64,000 nt of DNA from Eledone cirrhosa (lineage: Eukaryota), in the NCBI GenBank assembly GCA_964016885.1, contig OZ024741.1:30256001-30320000 (forward strand). Direction: 5' to 3'. The notes under the pieces are model-generated. The model did not search any database. It was not told where the DNA came from and saw nothing but the letters and a program-made list of their open reading frames with translations. Below, one piece after another: positions 41,271-52,970 of the stretch. Made by a program: the position numbers and the translations under genes. Numbering within the stretch: position 1 is the stretch's first letter; every line of letters begins with the position of its first letter.

Positions 41271-42742
41271 GCTGGACGGACGGACCGGTAAAGTTGCTAG
41301 GGGTTTGGTTCGGGCCAGACCTCCAGGTGGATAAGAATTGGGACGAGGTGACAGGCAGGGTAGCCAGTCTCACCCAGAAATGGGCCTGGATGAAGCTATC
41401 ACTGAAAGGTCGGGCGGAGGTGGCGAACGCGTACATCGCGTCCGTCATCTACTACCGTCTGACTGTCGTCCCTTGCCCCCGTTCGCGCCTCGCCATCTTA
41501 GAGCGGCTCCTCTTCAAATTCTTGTGGAGGGGTCAGGTTCCGCTGGTGAGGCGGTCCATCTGCTGCCAGCACCCTCTACGTGGAGGGCTGAGCATGCCGT
41601 GGTTAATGATGCGCTGCCACGCGCTGAGGCTGCGGCATCTCCAGATATTCTGCCTAAACGGTGAACAGGTGTGGTCGCCGTTTGTCAGACGGGCCTTTCG
41701 CAGCTCGTTTCTTTGACTGAGCTGCAGTCCTGGGTTAAGAAGAGACCGATACTGGGTGACTGGCATCTGGAATTTGCCAGGCACTCAGTGCACTCTACCA
41801 GGCGGGCTATGCGGTCAGTGGAGCTTCCACTCTCGAGTTCTATAGAGGATTAGTGGTGGGCAAGTGCGACGACGCACTCGGAGAGGCTCTGGGAGTAAAC
41901 GAAGTCGAACTAACCAGTCTGTACCGGAGGACTTTCGACCCGGGGACGATGGATAATTTCCCAAAATCCCTCGCTTGGCAGTGCTACCGGGGGGGCACTG
42001 CCGGTTCGAGATAAACTCTACAGGCACGGAAGTGGTGTCAGACGGACTTGCCCGAGATGCGCGCAGAGCGACGAAACCGTTCTGCACGTACTCGTCCAGT
42101 GTCCGTGCATTACTGACTTGTGGAGTTATATTGAACAGCTGTTGTCGCGTGTAGAACGGACCCCGCTATCGGCCGAATCCATAGTGAAGATCGACCCGCC
42201 GCTTTCTTTTGGGCAGGAAGGGCAGGCAATTTTCCTCTGTCTGGTGGCTGTAGCGAAAGAGGCTGTATGGTGGACGAGGTTGAAAGGACTGAAGACAGAC
42301 ACTTTTCTCTTCGGCCAATCCCTCATCAACTTTTTCAAGTTTCACTTGGAAAGGAAGGTGAGGGTGGAGAGAAAAGTACTGCCTCCCAGTTCATTTGCTG
42401 AAGGTGGGTGAATGTGGCGAGAATGGCCCGTGTAAATGGGCCTACTCTGGTCATGCGGCTGTAGGTAAATTTGAGGAGGAGAGGGGTTCCCTTCCAGGGT
42501 GCTCTCAAAGCGTCGGGTCGTTCAGGACTGGTGGGGTACCTGAGCGAACCCTAGGTGGTCATCCCCCGAATTGGGGAATTTTTTCTTGTTGTAATTTTAT
42601 TGTTACTTTATTGTTACTTTGTTGTTGTTACTTTGTTCTGTTATTCATATTGTTTACTCTATTTTTCTGTAAAACCCCACTGTCCCAGTCTTTTGTATTG
42701 TCCCCTATATGTCGGCCCTTGTGGCCAATAAATGAAATCATT
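41271..42742 (+). mobile_element. ORF2 3' segment and 3' UTR of Tx1-type LINE subfamily 2
   Basis: WTDGPVKLLGVWFGPD.., CPRC..HVLVQC; ends GGCCCTTGTGGCCAATAAATGAAATCATT. Confidence 0.93.
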
Positions 42743-42810
42743 GGGGTCGATAAAATAAAGTACCAGTAATACACTGGGTATTTGCTGGCCTTGTGCCTAA
42801 CGTAGAAACA
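42743..42810 (+). mobile_element. 5'-truncated SINE family A with (ATT)n tail at 42811-42837
   Basis: GGGGTCGATAAAATAAAGTACCAGTAATACACTGGG..GGCCTTGTGCC..GTAGAAACA. Confidence 0.9.
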
Positions 42811-42837
42811 ATTATTATTATTATTAATATTATTATT

Positions 42838-44190
42838 GTTCTTTGAGTCTCAGTCATTGATGTTTGTTAACTGGAAAGTTTGTTGAAATGAATATCAAGG
42901 CACTACCTGCAGCCTCAGATATTCAGGACGTATCGGAGGGTTCTTGCTATTCCCAGCAAGCATGCCTTTTGAAGTGTTCCAAAAATCAGGGCGGGGCTAA
43001 TTTTCTTTAACTATCCCTAGAAACTTTTTGAGTACCTAGTGCGGCTATGACAATCGGGACCACTTTGACTTCATGGCAGTTCCAAATCCTTTTTACCTCC
43101 CACTTTAAGTCCTGGTATCGGTTAATGTTCTCCCTCTCCTTCTCTTGCACTCTTGTGTCGAATGGGCAGTCCACATCCACAATCAGGCACGATCTTTTTT
43201 CCTTGTCCAAAACCACCAGGTCAGGTCTATTGTGTTCCAGTTTCTTGTCCGTATGTATCCTAAAATCCCACAGCACCTTCACCTGATCGTTTTCTATCAC
43301 CGAATCTGGCTTATGCTCATACCACTTCTCAGAATGTGGTAAATTGTTTACTTTGCATAGGTGCCAGTGGATCCCCCTGTCCATCACATCATGCCTCCAT
43401 CCCTTATAGTGAGTCTGGATTAGGTGTTTACACTCGGATACAATGTGAGCCACAGTCTCATCTCTCTCTCCACAGATCCTACATAGTGGGCTAGCGTCCT
43501 CCTTGTAAATATGGTGTTTCAACCACTTCGTTTTGAGGGCCTGCTCTTGCGCAGCCATTAACATTCCTTCTGTAGCCTTTTTAAGGTCTCCTCTTTTCAA
43601 CCAGTTCCATGTCTGTGGATCTCTGAATTCAGTTTTCTCAAAGAAGGTACTATGAAGGGATCTTTCATGAAGGCTGCTCTTTCTCCCTGCTGTTATTTAC
43701 TCCTTGGACATCCACTGGTCTATTGTCCTCTCCTTCAGTACAATTCTGAGCATTGGCTCCTTACTATCAGTCACGTATTTGTGTAGGTTGTTTTTCTCCA
43801 TCTGAACACAGTCCTCTATGTTGATAAGACCTCTTCCACCTTCAGATCTCCTTAAGTAGAGTCTATCGACATCACTCCTTTTGTGGAACATGTTGTAGAT
43901 AGTCAATAGCTTCCTAGTCTTCCTAACCATTTCTTTTTGTTCAGCAATATTCCATCACAGAATTCCCGCACTGTACCTAATAATAGACATAGCTCGGGAA
44001 TTTACTGCACTTATGGCATTCCTACTGTTCAGATGTGACTTTAAAACGCTCCTTACTCTCCGAATGTATTCAGATCTTATCAATTCCTTCATTTTTTTGT
44101 TCTTGATGTCATTGGCCTCCAGAACACACAAATACTTGTATCATTCTTCAATGTCAATTTCCTTTATCATCTCACTTGTTGGTACCTGGC
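42838..44190 (-). mobile_element. 5'-truncated R4/Dong-type LINE (RT C-terminus and RLE)
   Basis: YKYL, DVDRLYL..GGRGL, TEGMLMAAQEQAL, CRIC..HIVSEC, RHD, HNRPD. Confidence 0.92.
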
Positions 44191-44217
44191 TTCTGTTGCT
44201 TCTGCTCTAATTACTAA

Positions 44218-44459
44218 TAAGTTTATGTTTCCGAGGCAATCCAAATTGAATCGACAGAGGAACGGACAAAGCGTGTGTTCTTGAATCCTTCGCCCGCTCT
44301 TTTGTGAGTCCCAATTCACCCCCACCGGTGTGCGTAGGCGCAAGCATGAAGGGTGTTGACCATCAACTACCCCAAAGTTCTAAGAAACCCGCCTAGGTAG
44401 GTCCCCCTCTCAATCAAACCTGTCGATTCAATTTTGATTGCCTCGCAAACATAACCTTA
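44218..44459. mobile_element. MITE-like element with 40-bp terminal inverted repeats
   Basis: TAAGTTTATGTTTCCGAGGCAATCCAAATTGAATCGACAG versus the reverse complement of 44420-44459 (3 mismatches); TA/TWA flanks. Confidence 0.8.
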
Positions 44460-44610
44460 CTATGTAAAAAGCTGTCCGATGATGTCACGGCACTGGGTAC
44501 ATCGAAGCGTGTGGCCACTGTCGTCATTGAAATATGTATAACATCATTATGATTAAAGACTTTAACATCTGAAACTACTTCGCTTCTTCTTATTCTACAT
44601 ATATATATAT

Positions 44611-45583
44611 AAATTCAGCGAGAATCGTATTTCGGCTGGTAGAAAAAGCGAAAGGAAACGCAAAATTGTAGACATGCTGGCAAGTTCTCCAGTAGTTAAG
44701 AAAACTAGAGCTAAACAATATCTTAAACCGCGATACAAACTGAAAAAGTGGCCAAGAAGGCATTAAGCACCTAAGCCAAAAAACAAATCAAGCTAAACAG
44801 GCCAAACAAAATAAATGATAAAAACAGACCTGGACCCAAATGGAATTGATGGTAAAATCCAAATGCAGGGTTTCTATGACATCTAAATCAATAATATTGT
44901 CTGCTTAAAACTATAAGCTTTTCGCATAATGATCGAACAAGGAATATCACGTTATCAACATGTATTTTGATCTGCACCAATTTTGTGAATGACGTAGAGC
45001 TTTGTAAAAGTGTGACTTACAAGGGGAAAAAACCGCAGATTTTGGCAAATGAATTCAGTATGTGTATATCATACAAAAAATAGCATAGGTAGCACAAATC
45101 GAATAAGCACTCAACTGGGTATTTGTTAAAATGAACTTATGCAATTAATCTGTCAATAGAATTATTAACAGGTTAATTGTAAGACTCGGGAGATTAATAC
45201 AAATATAAATTCAGCGAGAAACGTATTTCGGCGGGTAGAAAAAACGAAACGAAACGCAAAATCGTAGTTATGCTGGCAAGCGCTCCAATAGTTAAGAAAG
45301 CTAGAGCTAAACAATATGTTGAAACTCCATACAAACTGAAAAAGTGGTCAAGAAGGCATTAAGCACCTAAGCCAAAAAACAAATCAAGCTAAACAGGTCA
45401 AACAAAATAAATGATAAAAACAGACTGGACCCTTTGGAATTGATGGTAAAATCCAAATACAGGGTTTCTATGACACCTAAATCAATAATACTGTCTGCTT
45501 AAAACTATAAGCTTTTAGCATAATGATCGAACAAGGAATATCACGTTATCAACAGGTAATTTTGCTCTGCACCAACTTTGTGA
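44611..45583. repeat. Tandem 1.6 copies of a 596-bp repeat, bounded by (TA)n
   Basis: AAATTCAGCGAGAA at 44611 and 45207; the second copy stops at (TA)n; a third copy lies at 2888. Confidence 0.9.
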
Positions 45584-45655
45584 TATATATATATATAAGT
45601 ATATATCAACACATAGGGGAAAATATTGCTATTTGCACACACACACATACACACA

Positions 45656-46262
<607 letters not shown>

Positions 46263-46273
46263 ATGATAGAATT

Positions 46274-46753
46274 AGAATTTTGCTTCGAACATAATTGTAT
46301 ATAAATATGTATTTGAATTTCGTATTTCTTTAGAAATACGAAATGTTTATAATTAAAGATTTAGAAAGCCATAGCTAACCTCACCCAACAATGTCCGACA
46401 GAAACAAGGGGGACAATCGTCTATGCATTTCCAACTCATCTGGGTCTCGTCAGGACGATCTCTCCCGCTCTTGGAGCTGCTGGACTTTGAAAGCAGGCGA
46501 AAATATCTAATTGTTTCGTCTGTGTAAATGAGGTGATTAATCTCATTTGCATATGAAGCTGTATAAGTTGGCTCAACGTATAATTAGTATTTAGCTTCGA
46601 ACATAGCTGTATACAAATATGTATTTGAAATTCGTATTTCTAAAGAAATACGGTATGTTTATAAATAAACATGTAGAAAACCGTACCTATGAAAAACACT
46701 GGTAGCTAACGCCACCCAGCGGTGTCCACCAGAAGCAAGGGGGACAACGGTCT
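46274..46753 (-). repeat. 1.5-mer direct repeat (331-nt period) carrying a hammerhead motif; retrozyme- or Penelope-pLTR-like
   Basis: 46274-46422 resembles 46585-46753 (GCTTCGAACATA..TATGTATTTGAA.TTCGTATTTC..CAAGGGGGACAA). Confidence 0.7.
46415..46460 (-). ncRNA. Degenerate minimal type-I hammerhead ribozyme
   Basis: GAUCGUC-CUGACGA-GACCCAGAUGAGUUG-GAAA-UGCA-UA-GACGAUU: 6-7 bp stem I, intact core boxes, palindromic stem III, imperfect stem II. Confidence 0.6.
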
Positions 46754-47039
46754 CATAATATCGCTAGAAATAACAGCCTAAAGACTGTCTTGTACGACTC
46801 GACAAATTTCGGGACAGTTTAATATTAATTAAAGGTTAATTAGTCACTAATACACAAACATCTCAAAGAAAGAAATCTCTCAGCGAAGCAATATTATATA
46901 TTAGAATTAAATGAGAAAAAACCTAAACCTGGGAGTATATAGAAGATAGACAATATTTGTTCTATCTAACTTTGATTGTATATAGATCTCCCTAACACGG
47001 TTTCACCTGGGGAAGATTTATTATTGCAACTACCAATAC

Positions 47040-48075
47040 CAGGTAGCCTGCACGGGGGACGTTACATATAAATGGAGTTCTACTGGAGTATGTGAAGAAT
47101 TTTAAGTATCTAGGGACCCCGTCCACGTTTGATGAAAAGCAGGCGTCTTATATTCAGGAGCTGGCAGCGTTTTCTCCAGCTTCAGCGTTCGGTCCTGAGA
47201 AGAAGTGGGTAGGTGTAAAAATGCCAAACTCACTATCTTCAATTCACCTATGGTTATGAATCTTGGGTAATGACCGGGAGAATTTGATCGCGAATACAAG
47301 CTGTCGAAATAACGTTACTCGATAGAATGGTTAGCTCGGAGATCAGAGATTCGCTCCAGATAGAGACGCTATTTCTCTGAATTGAGATATCACAGCTCCA
47401 ATATAACGGAGATGTGGTTTGAATGTGTTATGATGGTGTGACACACCTATTTTGTATAGCTGTACGAAACGAGGACAAAACCCAAGGTATTCACAAGGTG
47501 TAATTCCGAACTAACAACGAGAGACTACAACGAGATTTCGTGCACACAGTTCCACTGACAGTCCACTTCAGTTCTTATGTATATTATAGAGTTTCGCTTA
47601 GTTCACTTATTGTTACGTGGGGTTAATCAGGTTCTTATTTATAACATTTCGCCTAGTCCACTTTTAGTAACGTGGAGGTACTCAGGGTTTTTTCCCCACC
47701 ACAGAATGTCTCAGCATAGAAACGCTTGACTGATTTTACGAGAAAAACTTACCGGCAAGAGACCAATAAATAGACCTGGAGCATGATGGTTGGATAACAT
47801 CCACGAGCCTGGCTGGTCTCACTTCGGGATTCAGTTGGATGTGTTGCATCTGTTTACACCTGCTGAAAGAAGGTGGGATTGAGGTATCGGCGCCCACTAT
47901 CGTCTGCGGGATAACATCCATGATCTCGCTTGGGTATCCGGCTGAATCAGTTGGAGACGGTTGCTTCTGACAGGAACCGCTGGAAGGAGGGTTTAGCGAA
48001 TCTGGCCCCACTGCTCTCTCAGAAATAAGTGGGCGAAGAAAAAGAAAAGGAAGAAGAAAATAAGAAAGCGGAAAA
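47040..48075 (+). mobile_element. Degenerate RTE-clade LINE 3' half, interrupted by a solo LTR
   Basis: LEYVKNFKYLG, YGYESWVMT, IQAVE, GKRP..RP..WLDNI and DRNRW motifs; GAA-rich tail. Confidence 0.8.
47426..47703. mobile_element. Solo LTR (278 bp) with 5-bp TSD GAATG
   Basis: TGTTAT...CCACCACA termini (TG..CA); GAATG at 47421-47425 and 47704-47708; the RTE frame continues across it. Confidence 0.8.
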
Positions 48076-48077
48076 GA

Positions 48078-48129
<52 letters not shown>

Positions 48130-48437
48130 AAAGAAGAAATGTCACTGTAAGATCCTATTTTGTTTGTGGTGCTGGTTGGTGTGTGTGTGAGGGGGTGGAG
48201 GGGTGAGGTGGGTATGGATACACAGGTGTGTACCTGTTGGTTAGCAGACTAGAGGAAATAAGTACTGGAGTCGATATAGTCAACTAAGCATGATGGCATT
48301 CTAATGGCTGACAACAGTAATAGAATATACATTCTTCAGAAAAGGTTTAAACAATCATAGTTCCATTGATTAGACATCAATTCATACAGAAATATTTATG
48401 GGTATGTATATATATATATATATGTAGAGATAGATAA

Positions 48438-48485
<48 letters not shown>

Positions 48486-49154
48486 ATTTACATATATATA
48501 TATAAAGTCATAGATATATATGTATTTTGCAACCGGTCACGTTGTGGCTCAATGAGAAATTAATAAATTAAATTAAATAATCAGAGCTATATATCATAAA
48601 ATATGTCTTTAGAATCACTAGATATAATATATACCATTTCCTCTCCCAATTAGTATAATTAACCATATAAAAAATAAATTAGACCAAGCTATAAGAATAA
48701 AGGCTCCTATGAAGAAATCTTCGACAAATAACTGAAAGCAGCTCCTTCGCGGTGGCTACAATAGATTATTTATCTAACATTTGGACAGCATGTAAAAATC
48801 GACCAGATATACAGTCAACTAAACACAATTAGGTATAAAATTGAACTGTGAAGTATTGCGTATATACCAAATTACCTCTACCATGGTTTCATCCGTATTT
48901 TAAGACATCCGATAACAAGGTATGTCCAGAGCTTTGGAATCATCAGGAGCGAGCTCAAAATAAGACATTTAATTTTCCAAAGTGATCGCGCCAGAAATAC
49001 ATTAAAAAATGGCTAAGAATCGTGATGTGGCAGCGGTCAAGTTAGAAAGGATGTGATTAGTTGCTTACGGCGGGTAGGCTTATTGCTAGAAATTATACTA
49101 ATTGGGGGAGGAAATGGTATATATTATATCTAGTGATTCTAAAAACATATTTTA

Positions 49155-49299
<145 letters not shown>

Positions 49300-49372
49300 C
49301 ATATGTATATATATATATATATATATACATATGTATATATATATATATATATCTATATCTATACATACATAC

Positions 49373-49452
<80 letters not shown>

Positions 49453-49457
<5 letters not shown>

Positions 49458-49640
49458 ATATAGAAAAGGCTTCTACAGGAATTTAACTGTTTTATTCGGG
49501 AGAAATAATCAGGGATTCCTGATGATTTCTCCCGAATGAAGCAGTTCTAGTCCTGTAGAAGCCTTTTCTATATTAAATATTTCTACTCTGCTTTGTATTG
49601 AGTACCTTACTTATTGTGGTTACCCCCGATTGAACCCGGG
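49453..49640 (+). repeat. Hairpin-plus-tail short repeat family, copy 2 (~128-bp palindrome plus 60-bp tail)
   Basis: ATTTAATATAGAAAAGGCTTCTACAGGA..TCCTGTAGAAGCCTTTTCTATATTAAAT, then GGTTACCCCCGATTGAACCCGGGA; flanked by (TA)n. Confidence 0.85.
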
Positions 49641-50094
49641 ATATATATAGGTGTGTGTATACATATACATATATGTATATATACAGAGAGAGAGAGAGGG
49701 AGAGAGAGAGTACTATATGGAGATTGGAAGAAAAACTAGAGAAATTAAGGTTGAAAAATTTAGCGAGATATAGATAAAGTTCTTTGAGTTGAATAATGTA
49801 GATATCAACTCTACCATAAGATCGTTAGTGTCATATAATCGTGCGTAGTACTTGATATAAAAGATTGCGGCTCTATGAAAGCACCTATTTTATCGTTATT
49901 CTATACAATATTCAGCCTGCAATGCATATATATTTTTTGCATTATTGTCTTTCAACAGATAAAATATAACTAATTCCCTCCCTGATATCAACAGAAGAAA
50001 CTAAAGCAAAATATAAGATAAAATATATGTTCACACCTATTCACATATACACACCCTCAGAGCTGCACACACAGGTACGTACACATACATACAA

Positions 50095-50154
<60 letters not shown>

Positions 50155-50283
50155 AGAGAGGGAGGTGGAGAGATATTTACATATATATATAAATATATAT
50201 CCAGAGAGAGAGAGAGAGAGAAAGTGAGAGGGAGAGAGAGAGAAAGAAAGGGAGAGAGAGAGATTTACATATATATATGTGTG

Positions 50284-50322
<39 letters not shown>

Positions 50323-50924
50323 TTGTGTGTGTAGCTATGTGTGAATATGTGTGTGTGTATATATGTATATTTATATATGTATGTATAAAAAGCGAGTGAT
50401 TGAGACACAATCAAAAGAAAAATAAGATTTAAGAAAATGTCTCGTGTAAAAAAAAGTATATGAAATAAATACAATGAAAATTTCGAACAAAAACATTAGC
50501 ATGATAAATAGTAGGAGTAGAAAATACCACAGCAAAATATATACATTGAAATCCAACCTGAATTGCTATTAAATCTACATATTACCCTTCTTAATATTAA
50601 ATATGTAAATTTATTCTGCTAGGGGGTCCTAAATTGTCATTAAGTTCGAACGGCGTCACCAACAACAAAACCAACAGCAACCACAGTAAAAAGAATGTGA
50701 ATATGTATATATATATGTGTGTGTATATGTGTGTGTGTGTGTGTATGTGTTTGTGTGTATGTGTTTGTGTGTGTGTTTGTGAATATTAGAATGGATGACA
50801 TAAATTAGTTAAAAACAATTCAAAAGAAACTCACAAATGTCTAAACTTGTACATAAACATACCAAAACAGTCGCAACATCAACAACAACATCAAGATCGA
50901 CTGTAAATACAATAAGAATAATAT

Positions 50925-51102
50925 AATTCTTTCTGGCACAAGGCCAGCAATTATCCCAATGCATTACTGGTACTTTATTTTATCGACCTCGTAAGGATGA
51001 AAGGCAAAGTTAAACTCGGTGGGATTTGAAATCAGATCATAAAGGTAAGTAACTCTATGCTGGAAAGCATGGTGTCTGACACACTATCGATACTGCCAAT
51101 CC
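50925..51102 (-). mobile_element. SINE family A
   Basis: Reverse complement of 215-403. Confidence 0.88.
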
Positions 51103-51167
51103 TTATATATATATATAAGAAAATTAATAAAAAGAGGACAAGATAATAAGAATAATATAATAAGAAT

Positions 51168-51403
51168 GCGATGGATAGGCTGAATAGGTAGAGCATCGGG
51201 CAATAAGCTTTGTGGCATATGGCTACGATCATGAATGATCTGAGTTCAAACCTCGCTGAAGTTAGGCTTGCCGTTTATCCTTACAGTGTCGATAACATAA
51301 AGTACCAGTAACACACTGAGGTCGATCTAATCCATTCTCCATTCCCCCCCCCCCCCAAAAAAAAACAAATGTTAGCCTTGTGTCTATATCAGAACCCAAT
51401 AAT
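51168..51403 (+). mobile_element. SINE family A, diverged long variant
   Basis: GAGTTCAAACC B box, AAAGTACCAGTAACACACTG, GCCTTGTG tail. Confidence 0.8.
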
Positions 51404-51442
51404 GACGATAAAATCGATAATAAAAATAGCGACGATGCTTAT

Positions 51443-51619
51443 ATTGTTTCTACAATTGGCACAAGGCCATCAGTTAAGCAGTACATTACTGGTACTTTAT
51501 TTTATCGATCCCATAAGGATGAAAGGCAAAGTTAACCTCGGCGGGATTTGAAATCAGAATGGCAATGGACATAACTTTATGCGTCAAAGCATGGTGTCCG
51601 ATACTACCAATCCAACGCC
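51443..51619 (-). mobile_element. SINE family A
   Basis: Reverse complement of 215-403. Confidence 0.88.
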
Positions 51620-51871
51620 TCTAATGATGCTTATATTGATGATGATAACACATCTGCAAGAACGTTGCTTAGAAAATATACAAAACATGCTTTTTTTCTC
51701 AATAGTAAATCCATTAAATAAAATAATAGAAATACTTCATCGGTATATCTAAGCCAATATCTGCATTTGATGAAATGGAGCAGGGTCGACCTCGCTGAGA
51801 GAACAGTCATATGTATATATATATATATATGGAAGAAGTTATAGTTCACTTGAAGCATTGTGTAATGAGGT

Positions 51872-52205
51872 ATAAACGTTTGTATTTGTAAAGCCTAAAC
51901 AATACAGGTATGGACATAGAATATAAATGCAAATGCAAAATATATTGGTGACAATTAGTCTTTTACCTTAAATTTATTTAAATGTCCTTAATTTTCAAGA
52001 TAATATCTCTTCTGCATGACTTGGCAAGCTATTTAGAACGCTGGTTTAACCGCTTTACTTCCCTCCGAAGAAGAGATATTATCTCGAAAATTAAGGATAT
52101 TTAAATAAATTTAAGGTAAAAGACTAATTGTCAACAATATCTTTTGCATTTGCATTTATATTCTATGTCCATACGTGCATTGTTTTGGCTTTACAAATAC
52201 AAACG

Positions 52206-52210
<5 letters not shown>
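51872..52210. mobile_element. Foldback element: 142-bp inverted arms, 55-bp spacer
   Basis: 51872-52013 is the reverse complement of 52069-52210 with scattered mismatches. Confidence 0.85.
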
Positions 52211-52246
<36 letters not shown>

Positions 52247-52250
<4 letters not shown>

Positions 52251-52590
52251 GTAAATGATAAACATCTCCTTCGGTCACGAATCACCTTGGTTTTACATCC
52301 AGAAAGTTCCCATCCGAGGCACAAGTCCGAGTAGGTTGTTTCTGGCAGACCATCAGTCTCCCATATATACTAGTCTCCCCTCCCCAACGCCACCGATGTT
52401 GTCCAAAGGAAAAGGCAATGGCCGATACAGCTTGGCACAAGTGATGTCACAACTCATTTCTCCAGCTGGGTATACTGGAGCAACGTGAAAAATAAAGTGT
52501 CTTCTTCAAAGACATAGCGCGTCACCCGGTCCAAGAATCGAACTCACAACTACCCTATTGCAAGCCCAATGTTTTACCCACTAAGTCATA
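52247..52590 (-). mobile_element. tRNA-derived SINE, family B, near full length
   Basis: Minus strand TGACTTAGTGG A box, GAGTTCGATTC B box, TTTCACGTTGCTCCAG body. Confidence 0.85.
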
Positions 52591-52599
52591 TATATCACA

Positions 52600-52747
52600 A
52601 ATTTAATAGAGAAAGGGCTTCTACAGGATTTTCTTCGAATAACACAGTTCTAGTCCTGTAGAAGCCATTTATATATTAAATTTGTTGTTTATATTCTACT
52701 AATATAATGAGTACTTTACTGTGGTTACCCCCGATTGGACCCGGGAC
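52600..52747 (+). repeat. Hairpin-plus-tail short repeat family, copy 3
   Basis: GGCTTCTACAGGA..TCCTGTAGAAGCC; GTGGTTACCCCCGATTGGACCCGGGA. Confidence 0.8.
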
Positions 52748-52818
52748 CCACACACACGAACACACACACACACATATATGTATATATATATAACTATAAC
52801 TATATATATAACTATATA

Positions 52819-52886
<68 letters not shown>

Positions 52887-52917
52887 AGTATATACGTACA
52901 CACACATACATATACAT

Positions 52918-52970
<53 letters not shown>

